From positions 4,097 through 68,096 of the forward strand of contig CAIOST010000353.1 in NCBI GenBank assembly GCA_903861045.1: a stretch of DNA of 64,000 nucleotides, written 5' to 3'. Each line of letters opens with the position of its first letter. The first letter of the stretch is position 1. Made by a program: the position numbers and the translations under genes. This document shows, in pieces, positions 45,501 through 54,210 of the stretch. This DNA is from an uncultured bacterium. GTDB lineage: Bacteria > Verrucomicrobiota > Kiritimatiellia > RFP12 > CAIWXQ01. Under the pieces are notes generated by a model. That model was not told the DNA's origin. It did not search any database and saw only the letters and a list, made by a program, of their open reading frames with translations.

Positions 45501-47088
45501 CGCGATGTTCAACATCGCCGTCAATCTCTATGTCATCCGGGACTACGCCAAGATGAAGCTCCTGCTGAAGGAGTATCTCAAGACCTACGACAACCCCTCC
45601 TTTGCGCACTATTATGACGCCTGCTACTGGCTGGGGCGCCTATTCGAGATCGAGCGCAACTACCGCGAGGCCCTCAAGTACTACGGCATGGCCGCCGACG
45701 AGAAGATCATCATCTTCCACTCCGACTCCGGCGCCCCCACCCCGACGATCGAGGAACTCAAGGCGCGCCTGAGCTACGATACGCTCTACAACCTCTCCCG
45801 CAAGGGGAACGGCTCGTTCACGGATGCCACGATCGACCGGGAGTTCCTGTCCTTCGTCCGGTTCCACACCAACCTGGAGATCCTCATCGACCCCTCGGCC
45901 AAGGAGTTCGCGCGCTCCATTAACCGCCCCTCGTTCGTCGGCGTCCCCTGCCTCAACCTGATCCACGAGGTGCTGGTGGCCAACGGGCTGGACCTGCGCA
46001 CGGAGAACGGCGACAAGGGCGTGGCCGAGAAGGCCTACTACCGCATGGCCCTGGTCTACAAGGAGGACAACCTGATGCGCGAGGCGCTGGAGAACGTCCA
46101 GACGCTCCTCACCCGCTTCCCCCAAAGCCCCCGGCGCGTGGATGCCCTCTCGCTGAAGCTGGAGATCTACAAGGGGCTGCGTAACTACAGCGAGGTGCTC
46201 AAGACGCTCGAACAGCTCAAGGCCTGCGCCGGCGGCCGGATCGCCCCCTTCCAGCTCGACTACGAGATCGGGCGCGTCTACTTCGACCTGTGCAACTATA
46301 CCAACGCCATGGACAGCTTCGTGCAGTCCATCGGCGGCACGCAGAATCCGCAGGACTGGCTGCCGATCCGCAGCGCCCTGGCCCAGACCTACCTGCGCAT
46401 GCCGGGGCGCGAACCGGACGCGCTCGCCCTCTACCGCCAGAACATCACCCTCGAGACCGCCCCCCTCGCCCAGACCATCAACGCCATGACGATTTACTGG
46501 CTCGAATACGCGCTCCTCCCCGCGCCGCGCACCCGCAAACCGGTCCCGGCGGCCGAGGCCGAGTTCATGACCCTCTATACAAAGGCCTCGGACAGCGAGC
46601 GCGCCGATCTGAGCCAGGGGGATGTGGCCCGCGCCACTTGGATCTATTACCTCCTGGGACGGATGGACCTGGTGGACAGCAACAACGTGGCCGCCCTGGA
46701 GAAGTTTAACGCGGCCGGGTCCTCGCCGGATGCCTACCTCTCCGGCGACGCGCTCTACCAGGCCGCCCTGATCCATGCCGGGCGCGCGGAGTTCGACAAG
46801 ACCCGCGAATGCCTCGAGCACCTCCTCTTCACCACCAAGTCAGTCGAGGCCTCCGTCAAGGGCACCTATGAACTGGCACGCTGCCAGAAAACCCTCGGCA
46901 ACCTCGATGCCGCCTTCCAGCGGTACGACGAACTCGTCACCCGCTACCCGGTCTCGCCGTATGCGGATCTAGTCCGGCAGGAACCGCTCTACCTGCAGCG
47001 CAAACCCGCCGTCCCGCTGCCCCCCGCCGCCACACCCGCAGCCGCCTCGCCGGCCGCCACCAACACCGGAGGAGCCCGCTCCCCATGA
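42559..47088 (+). CDS. giant secreted/anchored TPR-repeat protein (1509 aa) with a non-TPR central insertion
   Basis: N-terminal hydrophobic signal/anchor (FCLLGLLTAALLLPGAHQARA). Numerous TPR-like helical repeats (…YGDAIKLLEKSL..., ...YREALKYYGMAA..., ...LDAAFQRYDELVTRYPVSPYA). Strong GC3 coding signal over the full length. Confidence 0.8.
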   Translation: MVTTTSFATGLTSIRNHRLVRPPSFCLLGLLTAALLLPGAHQARADERNITAASSLMDRGQYGDAIKLLEKSLEQQGPDNSTTELRLIGECQFLLKDYGKARTAFSRALANADSLSPKARIVCESRLAIIDYRLGDKKGADERIENFIRKYPKDSRVGTMAVIRIRITQEDSTIPLAEKIRKVEEQHKVIAADKEAFGYYNAVLAAQALGDLYIENKQEDKAVGLLVTAVHEMRGLITELKGKGKAIPSDLGQGVDGMALQIARYNMSRKEWGEAKKWLENVDYAEDLKAQAKYMLAQIAYQRREFAEALFQLPDEVVARIAEGDTKNAMYLLMAFCWREPATANAEKAKEALKKIPPASSSYCQAQQTLGDIYREQKDHERAEPCYLNALNDKEKRFAAAARFGLGVGFYERATTILLMGATDEMKKQREALCKKSAEHFQELLTKYPNTDLARQAKPMIEKLQNWGIIVVVEATEKEQIAAKEKLIAENPNSFPAAQAMLWLAQLHAKAVQDPKTKNLLKAPNWEACAKACLPLVQSKTPFANVTPEWWRDNRCIALFLLARAELGSIPPGASARRLRPNQAEPVRIKTGGSAVRALQNLTEAQTLVTPQTNPDVTRNLEFATIEAMLKSPDAVVRSQGEKRYAAVESKYSLDPVYQKLAIITADWQDEQGFYEDAGRIYRSVARKATMDRDQSIHLLHLAGASYGRGGRALIEKREKNITLGIQILPRIVLRTGTTNTQEALSALKRTKLIPWEPTGPTLSAAEAVARISREFSVPLVWSPEVAPGSVAAFLAQTTIPRETVASWRQSMTFEKALYNVLDRKEFSVVADIGLSGGTLTFIPKLAELGDTDDQVLEIVARQRERFAPLARMYGSFATVHGKPAMMFNVIKRVEELTGARIMWGEGIQKDEALSRDFPSFPGVAPASNLTVRAVLDKTLEAVGLRYEVVPCDHSRELIMESISCFDELRKFGADTTYAEDAMFNIAVNLYVIRDYAKMKLLLKEYLKTYDNPSFAHYYDACYWLGRLFEIERNYREALKYYGMAADEKIIIFHSDSGAPTPTIEELKARLSYDTLYNLSRKGNGSFTDATIDREFLSFVRFHTNLEILIDPSAKEFARSINRPSFVGVPCLNLIHEVLVANGLDLRTENGDKGVAEKAYYRMALVYKEDNLMREALENVQTLLTRFPQSPRRVDALSLKLEIYKGLRNYSEVLKTLEQLKACAGGRIAPFQLDYEIGRVYFDLCNYTNAMDSFVQSIGGTQNPQDWLPIRSALAQTYLRMPGREPDALALYRQNITLETAPLAQTINAMTIYWLEYALLPAPRTRKPVPAAEAEFMTLYTKASDSERADLSQGDVARATWIYYLLGRMDLVDSNNVAALEKFNAAGSSPDAYLSGDALYQAALIHAGRAEFDKTRECLEHLLFTTKSVEASVKGTYELARCQKTLGNLDAAFQRYDELVTRYPVSPYADLVRQEPLYLQRKPAVPLPPAATPAAASPAATNTGGARSP

Positions 47089-50000
47089 ACATGCCGTCCT
47101 TCTTCCCACGCCCCTGGCTGGCCGTCGTGCTACTGGCGGCCCTCCCGCTGGCCGCCTATGCCGTCTCGCCGGAGGAACTGGTCAGCGCCGCCGAAAGCGC
47201 CGAGAAAGCCGGCGCGCTCACGCAGGCCGCCGACCTCTATAAGCAATTCCTCGCTGAAAACAAGGAGCACATCCAGCGCTCCCTGGTGCTCTACCGCCTC
47301 TCCCTGGTGCAGGAGAACCAGGGGCTGTCGGAAGATTCCATGGCCAGCCTGAAGCAGTCCGTCGCCATCCCCGCCGACAAGAACGGCGAGAAGCACCGCC
47401 CCGACGCCTACATGCGCCTGGCCAAGCTGCAGGCCCACAACAACCGGTACGCTGAGGCCGCCGACACCCTGCAACTCCTCTTCAAGGAGGGCGCCGCCTT
47501 GTACGAGGACGAGGCTCAGAACCTCCGCGCCGGCTACCTGACCCTCATGGGTAAGTATGACGAAGCCGCCATCCTGTTCAACATCCTGCGCAACAAGGCC
47601 AACTCAATCTACGCCAAGGAGGCCGCCTACAAGATGGCGATTGTCTGGCTGAAGGCCGGCAACGCTGAGATGGCCAAGAACGCCATTGAGGAGTTCGCCC
47701 AGCGCTACCCCACCCACCCGAAGGTGGTGGAGCTCTTCGTGAGCATGGCCCGCAGCTATTTCGAGAAAAAGGACTACAAGAACGCCGCTGAACTCTCCCG
47801 CCAGGTGATCGCCGACTACAAGGAAACCCCGGAGGCCATGGAAGCCGCCCTCATCGTGGCCCTCTGCTACCGCGAAGCCAACAAGCTGGAACTCGCCGTG
47901 GACCGGCTTGAGGATGTTTCGCGCATGCCGCAGGCCGCACGCAACGCCGAAATGGTCAGCGAGTCGCTCTTCGAGGCTGCCCAGATCTGCCGCAAATCGC
48001 TAACCAATAAGATGGAACGGGCGATCGACCTCTACACCCGTGCCGCCTCCGTCGCGCGCATCAACCCGTCGGAACGCCAGGTCCTGATCCTCGAGCAGAG
48101 CCTCTATTACGCCGCCGAATACTTCTACCAGCGCGAGCAGTGGAGCTCCGCCTACGACCTCTATGCCCAGTTGCGCGCTATGAAGAGCAGGCTGAACCTG
48201 ACGAGCCGGATCATGCAGTGCAAGGCCAAGATGAGCGCCGACGGCAAGGCCGGTCTGGAGGTTGATAACGAGGATGACTTAGCCCACATCCGCAAGCAGA
48301 TCGCCGACAACCCCGGTGCGCTCATCGCCCTGCAGTATGAACTCCTGCTGCTCGACAAAAAGGTCCAGAAGACGTTCGCCTCCGTCTCCGACCGGCAGGG
48401 CATCGGCTGGGGCGCCGTGCAGATCCTGATTGACGAGTACAACGAACTCCTCAAGAAATACCCGGGCGACGTGCTCAACCAGGAAGAGATGCGCCCCGTG
48501 TTGCGCCTGCGCATGGGCAACCTCTACGCCTATGCCCAACCCTCCGACCCCGCCCGCACCTCCAAGCTCAAGACCGGGATCGAACTGATCGAGCAATCGC
48601 TGCAGGAGGCCCCCCAGGCGCTGTTCCGCGTGGAAGCGCTGCAGTCCCTGGCCTTCCTCTACGCCAACAGCGCCGAGAACAAGAAGGCCTTCGAGACCCA
48701 GAAGAAACTCCTGGAACTCACCGGCCAGGACCCGACCAGCTCGCAGCGGACCGCCCCGGAACTCCTGCGCCAGATGATGCCACTCATCCGGAGCGACGAC
48801 CTGACCGATGACGCGATCGCAACCATGCAGCAAGTCGTCGCCAAGGGCCCCGAGAACGGCCCGGAGGTGCGCCAAGCGCGTTTTAATCTCGCGGAACTCG
48901 CCTTCATGAAGAAGCGCTACCAGGAATCTATCAAGCTCTACAAGGAGTTCATCAAGCGCTACGGCCCTCCGCAGGACCCGGACGGCCGCGTCTCCGCATT
49001 ATGGAAGAAGCCCGCAGGCGTGGATGAAGTGCTGGACCAGGTCTACGAATGCGGCTACCGCGTGGTGCAATGCTGGCGCGCCTCGACCCAACCCTACGGC
49101 AGCAACGCGCTGGCCGCCTGCACGTGGATGATCGAAAACCAGAACTACCTGAACCCACGCATCCCGGAAGTGCTCTATTATGTCATTGATCGCGGCGAGA
49201 ACCCGGCCAAACTCCCGAACGACAAGAAGGACGAACTGGCCCGCGCCTTCTGGACGCGCATGGTCAACCCCTCCCTCGACTTCGGCTCCAAGGCCTTCAA
49301 GGCGGGGTTCTACGGCTGGATGCACGACGGACGGGCCGCTCCCTTCGTGCGCGTGGCCCTCATGAAGGCGGCCCAGCTCTCCGCCGAGATCAACAAGCAC
49401 CAGCGCGCCGCTGAGATGTACCAGAGTTTCGTAGAGATCTACGCCCCGGAGAACCCCAAGCTCCGCAACGCCGACGGCTTCCCCCTCTTCCCCCGCGACG
49501 ACATGTACTACATGGCATCCTACGCCCTCGGACGCGAACTGGTGCTCGACAAGAACTTCGTGTCGATGGTGAAGGCCTTCAACATCTACGTGGATGACAT
49601 GCGGGAATCGAAGTTCCGGGCCGCCGCCCTGCAGCTGATGGGGCACTATGGCACGCAGGCCGAACTGTTCAACGAAGCCGCAGAGGCCTATGCCGCCCTG
49701 CTGGACGAATACTCGCCCGCCGTCACCAACACCGCCGCGACCGTCACGAACATCGCCAGCCGCGTCTACCTCAAGCCGGAGCAGCGCCTGCGCAAGAATA
49801 GCAAATGGGATGGCTACCGCATGCCGCTCCCGGACAAGATCGACATCGGCGATGTCCGCTACGGGCTCGGCCTCCTCTACTGGAAGAAGGAACAATGGCC
49901 CCTGTGCATCACCGCCCTGCAGCCCTTCCTCATCGATCCGATCCTGGCGAGGTCCCCCAGCCGCGCGGAGGCCCTGTTCATGCTGGGACGCTGCCAGATG

Positions 50001-50582
50001 AAGACGGGTCTGTTCACCGCCGGCCAGCTCACCATGGAGCGCAGCCTCAAGGACCACCCCGACTACAAGGCCGCCGAGGAGATCTACCTGGACCTGATCC
50101 GCTCCCACGTCGACACCGCCAACTGGCCGGCCGTGACCCGCACCTACCAGGACTACCTTGTCCGGAACAAGGAAGGGCGCTACCGGTCGCACATGGACCT
50201 CTACCAGGCCGTGTCCCAGCTCAACGGCACGAACGAGGCGACCGGGGAGCGAACCCTGATCGACCTCTCCAAGGCCGAGACGTTTGAGGACGTCAAGGCC
50301 GAGGCCTACTACCGCCTCGCAGTGCGCAAACTGGGCGAGAAGACCCCACCCGACCAGGAGGGTGCCCTCCCCCTGCTGCGCAAAAGCATCGCGGCGTATC
50401 CGCTGGCACCGGCGCTGATGGAGGCCGCGCGCTGCGCCAAGGGGACCAAGAACTTTGCCGCAGCACGGGAATTCCTGGACCAGTTGGTCCGGCAGTTCCC
50501 CAAGGCGGATCAAACCCTGATCGACCAGGTGCAGCAACTGCGCCGGCAGATCCAGATCGCAGAGATGGAGGCGCGGCGCTAG
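47085..50582 (+). CDS. giant secreted TPR-repeat protein (1165 aa)
   Basis: Signal peptide (WLAVVLLAALPLAAYA) and TPR-like repeats throughout (…ALTQAADLYKQFL..., ...KDYKNAAELSRQVIADYKETPEA...). ATGA overlap with the upstream TPR gene. Confidence 0.8.
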   Translation: MNMPSFFPRPWLAVVLLAALPLAAYAVSPEELVSAAESAEKAGALTQAADLYKQFLAENKEHIQRSLVLYRLSLVQENQGLSEDSMASLKQSVAIPADKNGEKHRPDAYMRLAKLQAHNNRYAEAADTLQLLFKEGAALYEDEAQNLRAGYLTLMGKYDEAAILFNILRNKANSIYAKEAAYKMAIVWLKAGNAEMAKNAIEEFAQRYPTHPKVVELFVSMARSYFEKKDYKNAAELSRQVIADYKETPEAMEAALIVALCYREANKLELAVDRLEDVSRMPQAARNAEMVSESLFEAAQICRKSLTNKMERAIDLYTRAASVARINPSERQVLILEQSLYYAAEYFYQREQWSSAYDLYAQLRAMKSRLNLTSRIMQCKAKMSADGKAGLEVDNEDDLAHIRKQIADNPGALIALQYELLLLDKKVQKTFASVSDRQGIGWGAVQILIDEYNELLKKYPGDVLNQEEMRPVLRLRMGNLYAYAQPSDPARTSKLKTGIELIEQSLQEAPQALFRVEALQSLAFLYANSAENKKAFETQKKLLELTGQDPTSSQRTAPELLRQMMPLIRSDDLTDDAIATMQQVVAKGPENGPEVRQARFNLAELAFMKKRYQESIKLYKEFIKRYGPPQDPDGRVSALWKKPAGVDEVLDQVYECGYRVVQCWRASTQPYGSNALAACTWMIENQNYLNPRIPEVLYYVIDRGENPAKLPNDKKDELARAFWTRMVNPSLDFGSKAFKAGFYGWMHDGRAAPFVRVALMKAAQLSAEINKHQRAAEMYQSFVEIYAPENPKLRNADGFPLFPRDDMYYMASYALGRELVLDKNFVSMVKAFNIYVDDMRESKFRAAALQLMGHYGTQAELFNEAAEAYAALLDEYSPAVTNTAATVTNIASRVYLKPEQRLRKNSKWDGYRMPLPDKIDIGDVRYGLGLLYWKKEQWPLCITALQPFLIDPILARSPSRAEALFMLGRCQMKTGLFTAGQLTMERSLKDHPDYKAAEEIYLDLIRSHVDTANWPAVTRTYQDYLVRNKEGRYRSHMDLYQAVSQLNGTNEATGERTLIDLSKAETFEDVKAEAYYRLAVRKLGEKTPPDQEGALPLLRKSIAAYPLAPALMEAARCAKGTKNFAAAREFLDQLVRQFPKADQTLIDQVQQLRRQIQIAEMEARR

Positions 50583-50666
50583 CCCGCCACGCAAAAACAA
50601 TCACCGGACGGACCACACGCTTTGTGGCGGATGGTCCGGCTGAAAAGGAAAAAGGAGAATAGAGGC

Positions 50667-51806
50667 ATGAAGGTGCGATTCATCACGACAGCAGTAATCT
50701 GGGCGGCCACCCTCGCGGCTGCCGCCACCCTGCAGGCACAAACCCCGGCCGCCGGCAAAGCCGCCGCCACGCCCGCCCTCAAGGACGCCAAGGAAGTCGC
50801 CCTGGACGACTCCTTGCCCGGCGTCACCAAGAATGACTTGGCCGACGGCGCCAAGGAGAACGTGGAAGCCCTGCTGAAAGGCGAAGGAGGCGAAAAGACC
50901 GGCGACGGGAAACTCTTCACGATCAAGACCGACGACAACATCAAAACCCTGAGCGTCGGCGACCTCTACAAGAACGAGGAGACCGCCTTCAAGGTCACGG
51001 CCATCCCCCGGCAGAGCGACAAGGGGGGCCTCTTCACGGTCACACGCATCGCCGGCCAGAGCGACCCCCAGCGCCGCTGGACCAAGGTCGCCGGCAACGG
51101 CCCGCAACAGATCATCACCCGCACCACCCTGCTGGACCTCTACATCCAGGGCGGCCCATTCCTACACCCCATCGCCCTGCTCTTCGTCATCATGGTAATC
51201 CTGAGCATCAACGGCTGCCTGGTCTACCGCCGCAAGACCCAGTGCGCCCCCGAGTTCGTCAGCGCCAGCGAAGCAGCCCTGCGCCAGGGCGACCTGAAGA
51301 AGTTCGAGGACCTCGCCCGCACCAACCGCGGGTTGCTCCCCTTCATCTGCCGGCACATGATCCTGGACCATGAGACCTCCAGCATTGCCGACATCCGCAG
51401 CCGCGTCGAGGTCGCCACCATGGTCCACATCAACCGCCTGCGCATCCCGATCCGCGCTATGAACCTGATCGCCGTGGCCGCCCCGCTGCTCGGCCTGCTC
51501 GGCACCATCGTCGGCATGGTGCTCGTCTTCGAGGGCGTGGCCGGTACCAGCGGCGCGGCCAAGGCCTCGATCCTCGCGGCCGGTATCCGCGTGAAGCTCT
51601 TCTCCACGGCCTCAGCCCTCATGGTCGCCATCCCGGCCCTCTTCATCTATTTTATCTTTAACCAGAAACTGGGCGTGATCATCCACGAGTGCGAACTGAT
51701 CCACGAACGGTTCCTGACCCTGCTGGCCCAGCGCCGGCGCGCCACCGGCACGGCGGAGAACAAGCACGGGGCGGTTTCGCAACGCCGGGACGCCGACGAA
51801 GAATAA
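50667..51806 (+). CDS. MotA/TolQ/ExbB proton-channel family protein with signal peptide and N-terminal periplasmic extension
   Basis: The C-terminal half has three TM segments and the family signature ...NLIAVAAPLLGLLGTIVGMVLVFEGV... The N-terminus is MKVRFITTAVIWAATLAAAATLQAQ plus about 140 extra residues. GGAG SD. Confidence 0.85.
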   Translation: MKVRFITTAVIWAATLAAAATLQAQTPAAGKAAATPALKDAKEVALDDSLPGVTKNDLADGAKENVEALLKGEGGEKTGDGKLFTIKTDDNIKTLSVGDLYKNEETAFKVTAIPRQSDKGGLFTVTRIAGQSDPQRRWTKVAGNGPQQIITRTTLLDLYIQGGPFLHPIALLFVIMVILSINGCLVYRRKTQCAPEFVSASEAALRQGDLKKFEDLARTNRGLLPFICRHMILDHETSSIADIRSRVEVATMVHINRLRIPIRAMNLIAVAAPLLGLLGTIVGMVLVFEGVAGTSGAAKASILAAGIRVKLFSTASALMVAIPALFIYFIFNQKLGVIIHECELIHERFLTLLAQRRRATGTAENKHGAVSQRRDADEE

Positions 51807-51872
51807 CGCCGTACCATCATTACGATTGCCCCCACCCGCGTGCAGACACCTGCCGCCTAAGGAGAACCGAAC

Positions 51873-52301
51873 ATGGGCTTTCAACACGAAGCCGAAGAAG
51901 TCATGCACATTGACATGACGCCCATGGTGGACGCCATCTTCGCCATCATCCTCTTCCTGCTGGTCACCTCGTCCTACCTCGAATCCCTGGAGCAGGACGT
52001 TAACATCGCCCTCCCCAGCATGGGCACGAAGATCAAGGTGGTCAAGATCCCGGCGCGCCCCATCACCGTCAACGTGCGCTACCTGCCCGGTGGCAACGCC
52101 TACTACCATGTGGAAAACCAGAAGCTGACGCTCACCATGCTGACCATCAACATGACCCGCGCCCGGGTCCGTGACGTAGATCAATCCGTCGTGATCCGCG
52201 GCGACAAGGACGTCAAGTGGGACCACATCGCCAAGGTGATGGGATGCTGCGCCCAGGCCGGCATCACCAAGGTGTCCGCCAGTCTGCAAGTGAATGAATA
52301 G
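51873..52301 (+). CDS. ExbD/TolR-family biopolymer transport protein
   Basis: 142 aa. IDMTPMVDAIFAIILFLLV contains the conserved TM aspartate. The periplasmic domain has ...VVIRGDKDVKWDHIAKVMGCCAQAGI... Confidence 0.85.
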   Translation: MGFQHEAEEVMHIDMTPMVDAIFAIILFLLVTSSYLESLEQDVNIALPSMGTKIKVVKIPARPITVNVRYLPGGNAYYHVENQKLTLTMLTINMTRARVRDVDQSVVIRGDKDVKWDHIAKVMGCCAQAGITKVSASLQVNE

Positions 52302-52313
52302 GAAGGGCGCACC

Positions 52314-54074
52314 ATGAACCAAGGGCCACAAAACGGGGCGCAGCGGCCGCTGTCGGGCATGATCGAGCACGACTCGATGTTCGACAAGCGGTCGATCCTG
52401 ATCGGCATCGGCCTCGCCGCGCTCGTGCTGACCACGGCAACCGTCTGGAAGGTTGCCTATCACGACCACTCCAAGAAACTGGACAAAATAAAGGATATGG
52501 TGTTTGAGCCCAAAGAACCGCCCAAGGAGAAAGTCGAGGTCAAGCCCCCCCAGCAAACCCTCATTCGCCAAGAACTGCCCGACCGTCCGGAGATGACCGA
52601 AAAGGAGGCCGAGACGCCCAACATCCAGATGACCACCGTTATCAAGGATGTGGCCGCCCCGGAAGAGGTGGTCAAAAGTACGACCATGGACGTGCAGGAC
52701 GTCAAGATTGATTTCGAAAAACTGGACATCAAAGAACCCATGGACAAGGCCGATGAGACCGCGGCGGTCAAGGAGGAGGCCTTGACGCCCATCGCCGTGC
52801 TCACAGAGGCGGCCGCCGACATCTACGCCTACAAGGAGCCCAACCCCACGGCCAAGGCGGACGCCGGACTCTTCAGCAAAGCCCCACGGCCGGGGTCCAA
52901 GACCACTGTGAAGTTGGGCGCAATCGGCCCCCAAAACGCCGACACCATCGGCGAACTCGGCCCCATGGACATCAACCTCTTCGGCACCGGCAACTCCCTC
53001 TCCGGCATGAAGCGCGCCGGATTCGAAACCCAGACCGCCGTGGACGCAGCGCTGCGCTGGCTGGCGCTGCACCAAGAGCCGGATGGACACTGGGATGCCC
53101 GTCGCTGGGATGCGGAGAGCGCCCCTTTTGACAGCTCAAATGCCACCGCCAAAGCCACCGCAAGCATCCAGAAAAACGATGGCGCGGCGACCGCCCTGGC
53201 CACGCTGGCCCTGATGGGCGGCGGCAATACCCTGCGCAAGGGCGAGTATCGCGACAACGTGCGCCGTGCGGTGCAACACTTAATCGGCGTCCAGAACACC
53301 AAGACCGGCTTCTTCAGCGAGAACATGTACGAGCATGCCATCGCCACCATTGCCATCTGCGAAGCCTTCGGCCGCGCTCCGGACGAGAAGGTCGGCCTGG
53401 CTGCCCGCAAGGCCGTGGACGCCTGCGTCAGCTCCCCCGGCAAGGACGGCGGCTGGCGCTACGCCCCCAACCCGCCCTCCAGCGACATCTCCGTAACGAG
53501 CTGGTTCCTACAGGCCCTAAAGACCGCCAAGCTCTCCAACATCAAGTTCGATCATGCGGTCTTCTCCCGCGGCGTCACCTACCTCGATCAAGTCACGCAC
53601 AACGGCGCCATGGGCAACTCCAGCGGCGCCGTGGGGTACGAATACAACCCCTCGCTGGATTATGGCAACGAAACCCCGGCCCTGACCTGCGCCGGCATGG
53701 TCATCCGGCAGTTCAACGGCATGGGTGTCAACCACCCCCTGCTGAAGAGCGCGGCGGAGATCACCAAAACCAAGCCGCCCGCCTGGAAGGAGAAGGACTT
53801 CTACCGCTGGTATTACGCCACCTATGCCATGCACAACATGGGGGGTGAATACCGCCTCTGGTGGAACAGCCGAATGCGCGAACTCCTGCTGAACAACCAG
53901 TCCAAGCAAGGCCATCAGAAAGGGAGCTGGAACCCAGAGCGCGAAAAGTGGATGCAGTCGCGCGTCATGACCACCTCCATCGGCGCGCTCTGCCTGGAAG
54001 TCTATTACCGCTACGGCGAAGCCCTCCAGAGCTTCGGCACCGTCCCGGAACTCGATGAACTGATATTCCAATAG
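52314..54074 (+). CDS. TonB-position membrane-anchored protein: TM anchor, Pro/Lys/Glu-rich spacer, C-terminal prenyltransferase/squalene-cyclase-like alpha/alpha-toroid domain
   Basis: Single TM (SILIGIGLAALVLTTATVW) and spacer EPKEPPKEKVEVKPPQQ...PDRPEMTEKEAETP. The C-terminal ~340 aa carry repeats such as ALRWLALHQEPDGHWD, VQHLIGVQNTKTGFF, GKDGGWRY, SWFLQALK and LEVYYRY. No TonB C-terminal-like segment was recognised. Starts 12 nt after the exbD-like stop. Confidence 0.7.
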   Translation: MNQGPQNGAQRPLSGMIEHDSMFDKRSILIGIGLAALVLTTATVWKVAYHDHSKKLDKIKDMVFEPKEPPKEKVEVKPPQQTLIRQELPDRPEMTEKEAETPNIQMTTVIKDVAAPEEVVKSTTMDVQDVKIDFEKLDIKEPMDKADETAAVKEEALTPIAVLTEAAADIYAYKEPNPTAKADAGLFSKAPRPGSKTTVKLGAIGPQNADTIGELGPMDINLFGTGNSLSGMKRAGFETQTAVDAALRWLALHQEPDGHWDARRWDAESAPFDSSNATAKATASIQKNDGAATALATLALMGGGNTLRKGEYRDNVRRAVQHLIGVQNTKTGFFSENMYEHAIATIAICEAFGRAPDEKVGLAARKAVDACVSSPGKDGGWRYAPNPPSSDISVTSWFLQALKTAKLSNIKFDHAVFSRGVTYLDQVTHNGAMGNSSGAVGYEYNPSLDYGNETPALTCAGMVIRQFNGMGVNHPLLKSAAEITKTKPPAWKEKDFYRWYYATYAMHNMGGEYRLWWNSRMRELLLNNQSKQGHQKGSWNPEREKWMQSRVMTTSIGALCLEVYYRYGEALQSFGTVPELDELIFQ

Positions 54075-54082
54075 CCCCCCCC

Positions 54083-54210
54083 GCCATTCTCATTATGGAC
54101 TTATGGCGGCGGGTCCGGCGGGTCCACCCTACCAATACTGTGTGAAATCGAAGAATTATGGCAGGTAGGGCGGGGCCGCCGGACCCGCTGAGTGCCATAT
54201 TGAGAATGGC
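54083..54210. repeat. 128-bp imperfect palindromic (REP/MITE-like) element
   Basis: The outer arms GCCATTCTCATTATGG (54083-54098) and CCATATTGAGAATGGC (54195-54210) are complementary except for one base. The inner arms 54105-54133 and 54164-54188 are complementary over 13+7 nt. The right inner arm recurs at 732-760. Confidence 0.8.

Noticed and set aside
50667-52301. MotA/ExbB-ExbD pair considered as a Zorya-type anti-phage module or a flagellar stator.
   Set aside because: The partner is ExbD/TolR-like (short, with no OmpA/peptidoglycan-binding domain). There are no ZorC/ZorD-like or flagellar genes nearby. The TonB-slot gene and exported TPR proteins fit a Ton/Tol-like envelope system better.
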